A program made the translations under genes and the position numbers. From contig CAWGMQ010000006.1 in NCBI GenBank assembly GCA_963823665.1, positions 608,001-672,000 of the forward strand: a stretch of 64,000 nt of DNA, read 5' to 3'. The stretch's first letter is position 1. The number at the start of each line of letters is the position of its first letter. Below are positions 51,607-62,606 of the stretch, in pieces. The DNA comes from an uncultured Planctomycetota bacterium (lineage in GTDB: Bacteria; Planctomycetota; Planctomycetia; Isosphaerales; Isosphaeraceae). The notes beneath the pieces are model-generated. The model had not been told where the DNA came from, did no database searches, and saw nothing but the letters and a program-made list of their open reading frames with translations.

Positions 51607-53336
51607 TCAGCGGGTCGCCGGCGGTGGCCCGTTGCGAACCGCTGGCAGGTAAGACGGTCGCTCGGTATCCACGGGGTCGACGTTGCCCGGGGGCCGGAGA
51701 TAAGTGATCTCCTTGGCGGGGTAACCGAGCGCGTGGAACAGCTCGAACTGGGCACGGTTGTAGTCGGCCACGGTCGTGAAATACTCGTCGAACGCCAGTT
51801 TCAGCAGCCTGAGCGCGTAAACCACTTCCTGGGGACGATAGACCAGGACGAGCGTATCGCCGAAGCGGGTGGTCTGGCGCAGGCCCTCGACGTTTCCGTT
51901 GAAGGCGCTCAAGCCCGTGCGCAGCGAGCGATCGGCCTGGCCCACCCGGGCGGTCGCGGACTGGAGATTTGCATAGGCCTCGGTGACTTCCGCCGCCACC
52001 ATATCCTGGAGCTTGAAGAGCTCGACGATGGTGTGCGACTGGTCGCCGCGCTGCTGCTTGATCCGCGCCAGGTTGCCGATCCCGAAGGCGTCGAGTTGCC
52101 AACTGAGCTGAAGGCTCACGTCCAGGCGACCGGTCCACTGATTGAGGCTGGAGTTGGGTCCGAGGCCGAAGATCCCGGCCTGGGTCATCATGCCGCCGGG
52201 GTCCTGGAAGCCGCCGATGATGACGAGGGGAAGGAACGGGCGCATCTTCTCGCGGCGGATCCGCTCCTGTGCGGCCTGGACTAGGGCACGCTGGGAGGCG
52301 ACGTCGGGGCGGTTGGCGAGCGCGATGCGATGCAAGTCGGGCAGCGGCAGGGCAGGGTCGATCAGGGTGAGCTGAAGATGATCGTGCTCGAGCGGGACGA
52401 CGACGGCGAGGGGGTTGAGGCGGAGCACCCGGGTCAGATTGGCGCTCGAGACGCGCCAGGCTTGACGCGCGGAGGTGGCTTCCTGCTCCAGGTGGGCGAG
52501 CAGGTTCCGGGCCCGCTCGACTTCGACGATCGGGACCAGCTCCTTGCTCAAGCTGGCGATTTGATCGACGAGCTCGCGCCGCGCTCGACACAGTAGAGCG
52601 CTGCGGTATACATGCCGCGGTGCTGGTGGACGCGAAAGTACGCATTGGCGGTCAAGAGCAGAGCGTCGTTCTTGGCGACCTGGACATCCCATTCTCGCGA
52701 ATTAAGCACCTGGCGCGCGACCAGCGGCTCGAAGTAGGCGTCAGTCAGATTCACGAACTGGAAGATGCCGGAGTTAGTGACATCGAGGCCGCCTCCGGCG
52801 TAGAAATAGTTGACGCTCGGCGCGGTCATGACGCCCTTGTTGAAGTCGGGGCCGCCGCCGTCGTGGCGGATGTAATCAGCGGCAAACGTCATCGTCGGGA
52901 TCCAAATCACCTTGGCCCGAGTGAGCTGTGCTTCCGCGACCCAGACACTGGCCTGGGCGGCCGCCACGATCAGCGGGCGAGCGTCGGAAAGCCGCAAGGC
53001 GGTGGCGAGGTTGATCGGAAATCCAACGTCGCTTGGTTCAAGCCGCGCGGGTTTCATTCGCGCGCCTTGGAGGTCCAATGCAGTCCGAGGTTGATCGGCA
53101 GCCAGGCCCGATCGCGGCAGCGGCTGCGGCATGTCCTGGACGCCGGGCCTCCATGGCCGTGGCGGGGGAATCGCCGCTCTCGAAGAAGCCGCCGGCCGGG
53201 CCGGCGGCGGAGGCAGATCAGTCGTCGACCCGGACGACTGCAGAGGCGCTGCCGGCTGGGCGTGGCAGGCAGGCGACTCGAACCAAGGAAGCGTCACGGC
53301 CGCAAGGGTGACCGTGAATCTGACGATTCGATCCAT
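51607..53336 (-). CDS. TolC-family outer membrane protein, paralogue 1 (1-nt frameshift near 52578)
   Basis: Signal peptide MDRIVRF...CHA; PINLATALRL, ALANRPD, DYNRAQFELFHALG, C-terminal NGPPPATR; alignment to the intact paralogue 2 locates the shift. Confidence 0.85.
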
Positions 53337-53457
53337 CGGTCGCGGCTCCTCCCCCCGTCCCTCCTGCTCGGAACCTGCCGCGCAGCGACTCAGGCCTGAC
53401 AGGACGTCAGATGAATTATCGGCTCGTGCCGATCTGGATGTTGATAACGAATGCTCT

Positions 53458-54204
53458 TTAGAAATGTCCCGCGAAATCCCGGCGCTGGGTCCGCGCATCG
53501 ACGATCTCATTGATCGAAGTATTAGGCAGACCAAGTTGCGCGCCCTTGCCCGTTTCATTGCCCTGACCAAACGCCACGATCCAGTTGAGAGTGCGGGCGA
53601 ACGTAGAAGGATTGTACTTGAGCCGGAGGAAGATGCCCGATGGTCCGGGTACGGCTGTGGATGACCTGCCGCCCAGGTTGAACTGGAATCCGCCCGCGAC
53701 GAAGGAGACGGCGTAATATTTTTTTGTAAGGACGTAGAAGGCGAGAATTTGCCCCGGCTTCCACTGCTGATCGCCTGCCAGAATGGGAAAGCCCGCGAAG
53801 GATCGGGGTTGGTTCGTCATTCGGACGGTGAAACCGTCGCTGGCAGTGAAGGTCTGTGCCGTGCCGTTCTTGACGGTGACAAAGGTGACGTTGTAAACCT
53901 GGCCGGGCACCGGTTTTTTGCCCTGGACAAGGACTTGCTGGAACGGAGGAACGAGCTTGTAGGGTGTCTGCCAGGGCGTGTTGGTGACGCGAAACGCGAG
54001 GTAGCCAAAGGCACCGGGCGTGTGCGGTTGACGATGGCGGCCCGCAAGCGCCGACACCGCCTGGCTCCCGGCGATGTCGGAGGCGAGCGAGTGAACATTT
54101 GACGGTTTCGCAGTACGTGGGGTGACTGCGCCGGCACTGAGCAGTTGTTTTGCTTCAAATCGTTCGAGCGCGGGACGGAACGTCGTGATTGAGCGGCGGC
54201 GCAC
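53458..54204 (-). CDS. Unknown-family protein with an LExKQLLS export-like motif, paralogue 1
   Basis: FRPALERFEAKQLLS; core PPFQQVLVQ...PVPGQVYNV...QTFTA...FYVLTKKYY...PGPSGIFLRLKYNP shared with 59643 and 62697. Confidence 0.8.
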   Translation of the reverse strand: MRRRSITTFRPALERFEAKQLLSAGAVTPRTAKPSNVHSLASDIAGSQAVSALAGRHRQPHTPGAFGYLAFRVTNTPWQTPYKLVPPFQQVLVQGKKPVPGQVYNVTFVTVKNGTAQTFTASDGFTVRMTNQPRSFAGFPILAGDQQWKPGQILAFYVLTKKYYAVSFVAGGFQFNLGGRSSTAVPGPSGIFLRLKYNPSTFARTLNWIVAFGQGNETGKGAQLGLPNTSINEIVDARTQRRDFAGHF

Positions 54205-54364
54205 GGATCGACCCCTCTTGAGCTCGGGAATTCACCAATCCCGCGTCTTCAATACGTCGGCACTTCACCCGCGTGGCGGGAGCGAGTGCGACGAGAGTCG
54301 CGGCATTTGGGGACGACCGAGCCAAGAACGCCGATTGTGTCAATCATTCATCATGAAGCATGGA

Positions 54365-56275
54365 TTAGCGTGTTGCCGGTGGCGGCCCATTGCCGACTGG
54401 CGGCAAGTAATCGGGCCGTGACGTATCCACCGGCACGACGGTACCCGGAGGCCGGACGTAGGTGATCTCGCGGGCAGGATAGCCGAGTGCGTGGAACAAC
54501 TCGAACTGGGCGCGGTTGTAGTCGGCGACGGTCGTGAAGTACTCGTCGAAGGAAATCTTGAGGAGCTGGAGAGCGAAGACGACTTCCTGGGGCCGGTTGA
54601 TGAGGACCAGGACCTCGCCAAAACGGGTGGTATGCTGGAGGCCCTCGAAGCTTCCGTTGAAGGTGGCAATGCCCGAGCGCAAGGCGCGCTCGGCCTGAGT
54701 GACCCTTGCCGCGGCCGACTGGAGATCCGCCTGCGCCTGGGTGACCTCGGCCGCAACCATGTCCTGGACCTTGAAGAAGTCGATGATCGCCTTGGATTGC
54801 TCGCCGCGCTGCTCCTTGATCCGTGCCAGGTTTCCAATACCGAGTCCTTCGAGCTGCCACATCAATTGCAGGCTGACGTCGTCGCGCCCGGTCCACTGGT
54901 TCAACTTGTTGTTGGTGCCGAAACCGAAGACCCCGGCTTGCATCAGTTCGTCGGGCGTCTGGAAGCCGTTGATCAAGACGGTTGGGAGGAGCATGCGACC
55001 CCTCTCGCGGCGGATTCGCTGCAGGGCCGCCTGAACGAGCGCCTGGTGGGATTCCAGCTCTGGGCGGTTGGTGAGCGCGACGATGTGCAGGTCGGGGAGG
55101 TCCCGGACGGGGTCAATCAAGGTGATCTGGAGATGATCGTGCTCGAGCGGGACGACCACCGCGCGGGGGTTGAGACGGAGAACGCGCGTGAGCCGGGCGC
55201 TCGAAACCCGCCACGCTTGCCGCGCCGCGGTGGCTTGCTGCTCGAGGTCGGCGAGGAGGTTGCGGGCGCGATCGACTTCGACGATGGGGACCAGCTCGTG
55301 GCTCAAGCTGGCGATTCGCTGGACCAAGTCGCGCCCGCGTGTGACACAGTAGAGGGCTCCTGCATACATCCCCCGGTGCTGGTGGACGTTGAAATAGGAT
55401 TCGGCGGTCATGAGCAGAGCATCGTTCTTGGCGGTCTGGATATCCCACTGGCGGGAATTCAGGTCCTGCCGCTTGACGAGGGGCTCGAAGAACACGTCGG
55501 TCAAGGCGACGATCTGCCACAGGCCGCCACCACCGTAGAAGAAATTGAGGCTTGGTGCGGTGAGCACGCCCTTGTTAAAGTCGGGTCCGCCGCCGTCATG
55601 CCGGATATAATCGCCGCCCATGTTGAGCTCGGGCACCCACAGGACCTTGGCCCGGGTGAGCTGCGCTTCGGCCACCCACACACTGGCCTGGGCGGCGGCC
55701 ACGATCAGAGGCCTGGCGTCGGAAAGCCGCAAGGCGGTGGCGAGGTTGATGGGAAACTCGAGGTCAGAGGGCTCCAGCGGCGCGGGCTTGAGCTGCGAGG
55801 TGAGGTTTGCGGAGCTGGAATCGAAGGCTGCAGGCGACGTTGTGCCAGATTCGCCCGGCACTTGCACGTTCCTCGGTGCCGGCAGGAAGGTGTGCAGGAA
55901 CGGGGGCGCGGGCACCGGCCATTCGCTCGGCAGGCGCATCGGGCGTGCCGCCAGCAGTTGCCCCCCGGCAGCCTCTGGAGGTGACCGGAATTCGCTGGGA
56001 AGTCGAATGGAGTGCAGCGCCAGCACCGGCACGTCGGGCGCGAGCGCCTCCGACACCGGCGCGACGGCTACTCGCGTCGTTCGAAACGGAAGTGGTGCGG
56101 GCACGCGGTGACCGGGCACCGGAGTCGCCGCCCCAGGCGGAGGCGAGAGCGGCGACTGGCCCGGTGATGTCGATGGCGGCCCGGCGGGCTGTGTCTGAGC
56201 CGCGCACAACGCGGGCAGAGCCCATACGAGCAGCATGGCCGTGCCCGGAATCCATCGCGGCGCAGGTCGTTCCAT
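54365..56275 (-). CDS. TolC-family outer membrane protein, paralogue 2 (intact)
   Basis: Signal peptide, Pro-rich linker, PINLATALRL, ALTNRPEL, DYNRAQFELFHALG, GNGPPPATR; GAGG RBS. Confidence 0.9.
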   Translation of the reverse strand: MERPAPRWIPGTAMLLVWALPALCAAQTQPAGPPSTSPGQSPLSPPPGAATPVPGHRVPAPLPFRTTRVAVAPVSEALAPDVPVLALHSIRLPSEFRSPPEAAGGQLLAARPMRLPSEWPVPAPPFLHTFLPAPRNVQVPGESGTTSPAAFDSSSANLTSQLKPAPLEPSDLEFPINLATALRLSDARPLIVAAAQASVWVAEAQLTRAKVLWVPELNMGGDYIRHDGGGPDFNKGVLTAPSLNFFYGGGGLWQIVALTDVFFEPLVKRQDLNSRQWDIQTAKNDALLMTAESYFNVHQHRGMYAGALYCVTRGRDLVQRIASLSHELVPIVEVDRARNLLADLEQQATAARQAWRVSSARLTRVLRLNPRAVVVPLEHDHLQITLIDPVRDLPDLHIVALTNRPELESHQALVQAALQRIRRERGRMLLPTVLINGFQTPDELMQAGVFGFGTNNKLNQWTGRDDVSLQLMWQLEGLGIGNLARIKEQRGEQSKAIIDFFKVQDMVAAEVTQAQADLQSAAARVTQAERALRSGIATFNGSFEGLQHTTRFGEVLVLINRPQEVVFALQLLKISFDEYFTTVADYNRAQFELFHALGYPAREITYVRPPGTVVPVDTSRPDYLPPVGNGPPPATR

Positions 56276-56392
56276 CAGACTCACCTCTTCCCTCTTGGAC
56301 AGCGCGGTGCTTCGATCAGCCGCGCCGAGCTGGCCGGATATTCCTGATTGATCGGCTAATCGGGGTAGGGAGGATGATCCGAAACATGGTTC

Positions 56393-56521
56393 ACTCCGCC
56401 GAGCCCGGTTTTCGACTCGCACCGCGCGCGGGCACGGCTGCGCTAATTGTAGGGTGGGTGAAACCCACCGATTACTCGTCCGAGCCCAGATTTCGAGCGA
56501 TACCGCGAGCGGGCACGGCTG
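56393..56521. repeat. 48-bp imperfect direct repeat flanking a GTAG-type REP hairpin
   Basis: 56393-56440 vs 56474-56521 match at 38/48 positions; GTAG-GGTGGGT-GAA-ACCCACC at 56449-56469. Confidence 0.75.
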
Positions 56522-56665
56522 AATGGGCACAAATGATCAGTATCGTCACATTTCGGGTAATCCCGTACACCGCGAAATGCCGATGAATCGATAAATCCGG
56601 CTCATGCGGAGCGGTCGCTACCACCGTCACTGCGTTCGATTGCCTGTTCATGGAGAGGGGTGTGC

Positions 56666-58393
56666 ATGATGGAACGGTCGACCCGGGCATCGACGATCGT
56701 GATCGCCGTTCTGATACTCTGGATCGCGCCGGCAATGTGTTTGGCGCGACAACAGTCGCCGGCGTCAACCGCCTCGCCGATACCCCAACCTCGGCCCTGG
56801 CCGGGTACGAGCTCGACGCCAGTTCAGGCGCAGCCTCGCCCTTCTCCAACCACGCCCGCGACGCCCGCCGTCCAACCTGGACGCGCCCAAGGGGCCGGGA
56901 CGTTGCCAAGCCCCCTGCTGGAACGTCCGCCTATCACCGGGGAGCGCGAAGCGCTGGACATTGTAAGGATCAAGCCGGCGCCGCTGGAGCCGACAGACTT
57001 CCGCTTTCCGATCAATCTGGCCACCGCATTGCGTCTTGCCGACGCCCGGCCGCTGATCGTGGCCGCCGCACAGGCGACAGTCTGGGTTGCCGAGGCGCAG
57101 CTCACCCGGGCCAAGGTGATCTGGGTTCCCATGCTCAACGTGGGCTTCGACTATACGCGACACGACGGCGGCGGCCCGGACTTCAACAAGGGCATCATGA
57201 CCGCGCCGAGCGTGAACTTCTTCTACGGCGGCGGTGGATTGATCGCGAACGTCCCCCTGACCGACGCCTACTTCGCGCCCCTGGTCGCGCGGCAGATCTT
57301 GAACGCCCAGCACGCGACCATCCAGACCGCCAAGAACGACGCTTTGCAGATGACAGCCGACACCTACTTCCTCGTCCATCAATTCAGGGGACAGTATGCG
57401 GGCGCCCTCTACTGCGTTGAGCGAGGCCACGACCTGGTCGAGCGCATCAGACAGTTGAGCCGCGAGTTCGTCCCCACGGTCGAGGTGGATCGGGCCCGGA
57501 ACTTGGTCGCGGACCTCGAGCAGCAGGCCACCTCTGCGCGAATCGTGGCGCGTCCAGAGCGCCGACCTCACGCAAGTCTTGCGGCTTGATCCCCGCGCGG
57601 TCGTCGTGCCGCTGGAGCACGATCACCTCCAGATCACCTTGCTGGACCCCGCCCGGACGCTGGACGACCTGATCCCAATCGGCCTGATGAATCGCCCAGA
57701 GCTGGCCGCGAACCGGGCGTTCGTAGAGGCGGTGGCCCAGCGGATCCGCCAGGAGAAGGGGCGCATGCTCCTTCCCAGCATCCTGCTCAACGGCTTTCAA
57801 ACCCCGTACGAGCTGATCCAGGCGGGGATTTTCGGCATGGGCACCAACAGCAACCTCAACCAGTGGGTAGGCCGTGACGATTTCAGCGTTCAGCCCCTCT
57901 GGCAGCTCGAAGCCTGTGGGATCGGCAACCTCGCGCGGATCAAGGAGCAGCGCGGCGAGCAGTCGCGGGCCATCATCGAGCTTTTCATGACGCAGGACCG
58001 GGTCGCGGGCGACGTGACCCGGGCGCAGGCCCGCCTCCAGTCGGCAACGGCACGCGTGAGCCAGGCCGATCGCGCTTGCGCACGGCTGTTATCACTTTCA
58101 ACGGGAACTTCGAGGGCCTGCGCCAGAGCACCCGCCTGGGGAATGTGTTGGTCCTGGTGAACCGCCCTCAAGAGGTGGTCTTCGCACTCCAGCTCATGAA
58201 GCTCGCCTTCGACGACTACTTCCAGACGGTTGCCGACTACAACCGGGCGCAGTTCGAGTTGTTCCGTGCGCTGGGCTACCCCGCACGCGAGCTCGCCTAC
58301 TTGCACCCGCCCGGCGAAGTCCAGCCGGTGAACACAGAGCGGCCTGACTATCTGCCCCCAGTCGGCAATGGGCCGCCCCCGGCAACCCGCTGA
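56666..58393 (+). CDS. TolC-family outer membrane protein, paralogue 3 (frameshifts near 57540 and 58078)
   Basis: Three consecutive ORFs (56660, 57579, 58076) align end to end with paralogue 2; ends GNGPPPATR. Confidence 0.85.
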
Positions 58394-58627
58394 CGCAAAC
58401 ACCTGGCCTCCCCCACGGCCAACTCTCTTTTTCGCCAAAGCCTCTCTGGCTTACTCAAGCTGCGCTATCCCGTTCTTTGCATTGAGCCAGCACCAGCAAG
58501 ATTTTGTGATATATCAAGATAAGCGTAGCATAACGTTGCCCGACCTCGGGACGCCGGGGCGGGCCTCAAGGAGGTATTACGCCGAGTCTCACGCACAGAG
58601 ACTCTGCATTGAACGAGGGATTCACCG

Positions 58628-59524
58628 ATGTCGTCGACCTTGCCATGCGCGCGCAGATTCTCGATCGTGGCGCTTTCAATGGTTCTGGCCAGTTGCTCAC
58701 TCGCTGGAAAGTCGGCGATGGCTCAGGACGTCGGTGTAAGCCCGGGCTTTTTCCAGCAGCACGTGACGACCGACGGCACCTTGAGCTACGGCGGAGACGA
58801 GATCTATTCGGGATACCCGGGCTTCGGTCTCAGGTTTCACCCCGGGTATGGGTACGGAGGTAAAGCCCTCGGCACAGGGGCCGTGGGCGGCTACCCGTTC
58901 TATGGCGGGCCCGGCTACCCGCACCCTGCGCCCGTGCTGAGAAGGTGCGGCGGAATCACTCCGTTTCTGTTTTATGGCGGCCCCGACTATCCGCGTTTTG
59001 GCTACAGCAATTACTTCACCGAGGTCGGCCCGCTTGTCGTCCCCCATCCGGTCGCTCTACAAACCACGGGTCATGACCAGGCCCATGCCGCCGGCAGCGC
59101 CGTTTATCCCTACAATATTGGGTACGGACCGTATACAGGGGTCCTTCCTTATCCCGAGAGTTTCTTCGCACCTTACACGGCCGCGGCCGCGACAAGCGGA
59201 TCATCGGCCGCAATCCCGGCCCTCTCTCCGAGCGTAACAAGTAGTCCCGCTCCAGTCCCCAATCTTGGGATCGACGAGGAATCCGTCGTCGACCCCGATG
59301 GTGTGCGTGCAGTCAAGGTCGCGCGTGTCTATCCTGGGACCGCGGCGGAAACCGCCGGCTTGAGGCCAGGCGACGTGATCCGCTCAATCAACGGCTATCG
59401 CACCGAAGAGCCCGGAAACTTGGCCTGGATCATCATCAACAAGGCGCCCGACAAGGTTCTGACAATCAACGTGCGCACCGCGACCGACGGTCAAGCGCAC
59501 ACAATCACGGCCAAGCTGCCATAA
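58628..59524 (+). CDS. Secreted Gly/Tyr/Pro-rich protein with a C-terminal PDZ domain
   Basis: Signal peptide ending AMA; LGID...VKVARVYPGTAAETAGLRPGDVIRSING. Confidence 0.85.
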   Translation: MSSTLPCARRFSIVALSMVLASCSLAGKSAMAQDVGVSPGFFQQHVTTDGTLSYGGDEIYSGYPGFGLRFHPGYGYGGKALGTGAVGGYPFYGGPGYPHPAPVLRRCGGITPFLFYGGPDYPRFGYSNYFTEVGPLVVPHPVALQTTGHDQAHAAGSAVYPYNIGYGPYTGVLPYPESFFAPYTAAAATSGSSAAIPALSPSVTSSPAPVPNLGIDEESVVDPDGVRAVKVARVYPGTAAETAGLRPGDVIRSINGYRTEEPGNLAWIIINKAPDKVLTINVRTATDGQAHTITAKLP

Positions 59525-59642
59525 CCAGGAAGTGATGGTGCGGTCCTACGCTAGGAAGGAGTGGTGTCAAGTCGGGCGAAATGCCGACATATAGGAATTG
59601 TAACGCCCGTATCTTCTCGCGGGCCAAGTAGGAGTTTCATTC

Positions 59643-60428
59643 ATGCATGGACGCGCGTCGTTGAAACTCCGTCCCGGTCTCGAGCGACTCGAAGCGAAGC
59701 AACTGCTCAGCGCCGGTACGCAGGCGAGCCATGTCGCGCAGCTCGAGAAGAGGCACTCGGCGGTCGTGGCCCGGCACACGGCCGCGACACCCACTTCCGC
59801 CACGGCCGCCAGCGAGAGCCTCGCGACAGACACGCCTGGGCCGGCAACCGCGGTTCACCGGCCGCGACAACAGCTACCTCGTACGTTCCTCGGCTACCGC
59901 ATTACCAACCCGACAATGCTCAAGCCGATCCGCCTGATTCCTCCGTTCGGCCAGGTCCTGGTGCAAACCGTGCAACCAAAGCCCGGTCAAACATACAACG
60001 TACTCGACGTGGTCGTGCAGAACGGGTCGGGGCAGACATTCACCGCGAAGAACAACTTTACCGTAAGATTCCCCAATAGACCCGGAGCCCCTCTTTTCCC
60101 GGTCCTCACGGGTAACGAGAAGTGGCTACCCCATCACTGGATCGTGTTCTACGTTCTGACCAAGCAGTACTATCCCCTTACGCAGATTCAGGGGGGTTTC
60201 CAGTTCGACCTGGGCGGCAGGAGCACAACCCTCGTGCCCGGACCATCAGCCATTTATCTCCGGATCAAATATAATCCGGCGACGTTCGCCCGCACACTGA
60301 ATCACATCGTCGCCTTTGGCCCGGGCACACAGTACGGCACCGGCCCGCCGTTTGGCCTACCTACGACAAATATTAACCGGATCGTCTCCGGAAGTACCCT
60401 CAGGCGCGACTATGGCGGCCATTTCTGA
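59643..60428 (+). CDS. Unknown-family protein with an LExKQLLS motif, paralogue 2
   Basis: LRPGLERLEAKQLLS; conserved core; C-terminus RRDYGGHF matches RRDFAGHF of paralogue 1; AGGAG RBS. Confidence 0.8.
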   Translation: MHGRASLKLRPGLERLEAKQLLSAGTQASHVAQLEKRHSAVVARHTAATPTSATAASESLATDTPGPATAVHRPRQQLPRTFLGYRITNPTMLKPIRLIPPFGQVLVQTVQPKPGQTYNVLDVVVQNGSGQTFTAKNNFTVRFPNRPGAPLFPVLTGNEKWLPHHWIVFYVLTKQYYPLTQIQGGFQFDLGGRSTTLVPGPSAIYLRIKYNPATFARTLNHIVAFGPGTQYGTGPPFGLPTTNINRIVSGSTLRRDYGGHF

Positions 60429-60665
60429 TCGCCCTCCAGGTGAGACGCTTGTTTGGGCGAACCGCCCCGTGCGCCGGGGCCCTGGCCGCCAGGCGGCCGC
60501 TCAAAGCGCCCGCCCGACAGGATGATAGAGGCGGGACCGTTAAAATCGATGCATTCTTCATCAACATCACCACTGCGACAAACCGATTAAACCTGAGTCC
60601 CGTCAAAATCTCGATTCCGCGGTGTGGGTATTGTTCACCGGGGCTCACGGGAGGAAGCTCGCCCG

Positions 60666-62497
60666 ATGGAACGATTCGGCAAGTTGATGGCTGTATTCGT
60701 GGTCGCGGTGCTGCCTTGGTTCGAGGCGTCGCCGTGCCGTGCCCAGTCGTCAGCCGCTTTACCGCCGACATCGCCCCCGGCGCGACAAACCCCCTCGTCA
60801 TCGACGCCGCCGGCCCAGGGGCCTTCGACTGGGGCAAGCGCGACGACACCGTTGGCGCCGCCACGGCCCTGGCCCGCAGCGACGTCGGCGTTGTCATCCC
60901 CCGCGCGCAGCCGCCCGCCGCCGTTCGGGAGGCGAGCGAGGCGACCGGGCCGCGAACGGCTGCGTCCGGAGCGCGCGTACCACCGCCGCGCCCCTTTCGA
61001 CCGCAAAGCGAGCGGACCGCCCCGCCGGCTCCGGCCCTCTCCGCGAACGAGGCTGACCACATCTTCGCGCTAAAGCCCGCGCCCTTGGAGCCGGCCGACC
61101 TCCGCTTTCCGATCAATCTGGCCACCGCCTTGCGTCTTTCCGACGCTCGCCCGCTGATCGTGGCCGCCGCCGAGGCCAGTGTATGGGTCGCTGAGGCGCA
61201 GCTCACGCGGGCCAAGGTCCTCTGGGTTCCTTCGTTCATGCTCGGTGCCGATTTAATCCGCCACGACGGCGGCGGCCCGGACATCAATAAGGGCATCATG
61301 ACCGTCAACAGCACGAACTTCTTTTACGGCGGTGCCGGGTTGTGGGAGCTGGTCAGCTTGACCGACGCTTACTTCGAGCCCCTGGCGGCGCGCCAGGTTC
61401 TGAACTCCCGCCAATGGGAAATTCAGACCGCCAAGAACAACGCCCTGCTCATGACTGCCGACGCCTACTTCAAGGTTCATCAATATCGAGGAATGTACGC
61501 CGGCGCCCTCTATGCCGTCGAACGGGGACACGACTTGGTCGAGCGGATCGCGCAATTGAGCCGCGACCTGGTCCCCGCGGTTGAGGTTGACCGGGCCCGG
61601 AACATGGTTGCCGACCTCGAGCAGCAGGCCACCTCCGCCCGCGAATCCTGGCGCGTCTCGAGCGCCAACCTCACCCAGATCCTCCGGCTCGACCCTCGCG
61701 CCGTCGTCGTGCCGCTCGAGCACGATCATCTTCAGCTCACCTTGATCGACCCCGCGGCGTCGCTCCATGAACTGACACGGGTCGCCGTGACCAACCGCCC
61801 CGAGCTCGCCTCACGCCGCGCGCTCGTCCAGGCGGCCGAAGTGCGAGTTCGCCGGGAGAAGTGGCGGCCCTTCCTGCCTTTGGTCGCGGTCAATGGCTTC
61901 CAGAGCGCCGGCATGTACTACAACATCGGAATATTCGGCCTCGGGCCCAACAGCAGCCTCAACCAGTATGTCGGCCGCGACGACGTTTCCTTGCAGTGCG
62001 TCTGGCAGATCGATGCGTTCGGAATCGGAAACCTCGCGCGGATCAAGCAGCAGCGAGGAGATCAGTCGAGCGCCATCGTCGAGCTTTTCAAGGCCCAGGA
62101 CACGGTCGCGAAGGAAGTGACGGCGGCTCAGGCGCACGTCCAGTCGGCCGCGGCCCGCGTCAGCCAGGCCCAGCGTGCCTTGCGAACCGGCATCATCACC
62201 TTCAACGGGCACATCGAGGGCATCGCCCAGACCACGCGATTGGAGAACTTCTTGATCATGGTCTACCGCCCGCAGGAAGCGGTCTACTCACTCGAGCTCT
62301 TGAAGCTGGCCTTCGACGAGTATTTTACCACCGTGAACGATTACAACCGGGCGCAGTTCGAGTTGTTCCACGCACTGGGTTATCCCGCCGGCGAAATCGC
62401 CATCCGCCGGCCCGCCGGCGAAATTCAGCCTGTCGATCTGGAACGTCCTGCCTACCTGCCTCGCGTGGGCAATGGGCCGCCTCCCGCGACCCGCTAA
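60666..62497 (+). CDS. TolC-family outer membrane protein, paralogue 4 (frameshift in the Pro-rich linker, about 60900-60960)
   Basis: Signal peptide MERFGKL...LPWFEASPCRAQ matches LPWFESPACHAQ of paralogue 1 but is in a different frame from the PINLATALRL...GNGPPPATR body. Confidence 0.85.
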
Positions 62498-62606
62498 CCG
62501 CCCGGGTAGATTCAATCGGCCTGACCCAGCCGCCAACCTCCCTTGCCCCGCTGCCGGCCTATTGCCATAGGCGCGTATAATCGCATGGCGATTGATCACG
62601 CACCCG

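Noticed and set aside
52570..58085. Programmed ribosomal frameshifting in the tolC genes
   Set aside because: Shift positions differ between paralogues, there are no slippery heptamers, and one paralogue is intact
58505..58518. FNR/CRP box upstream of the PDZ gene (TGATATATCA)
   Set aside because: Half-site spacing does not fit TTGAT-N4-ATCAA or TGTGA-N6-TCACA; a single short palindrome is not enough
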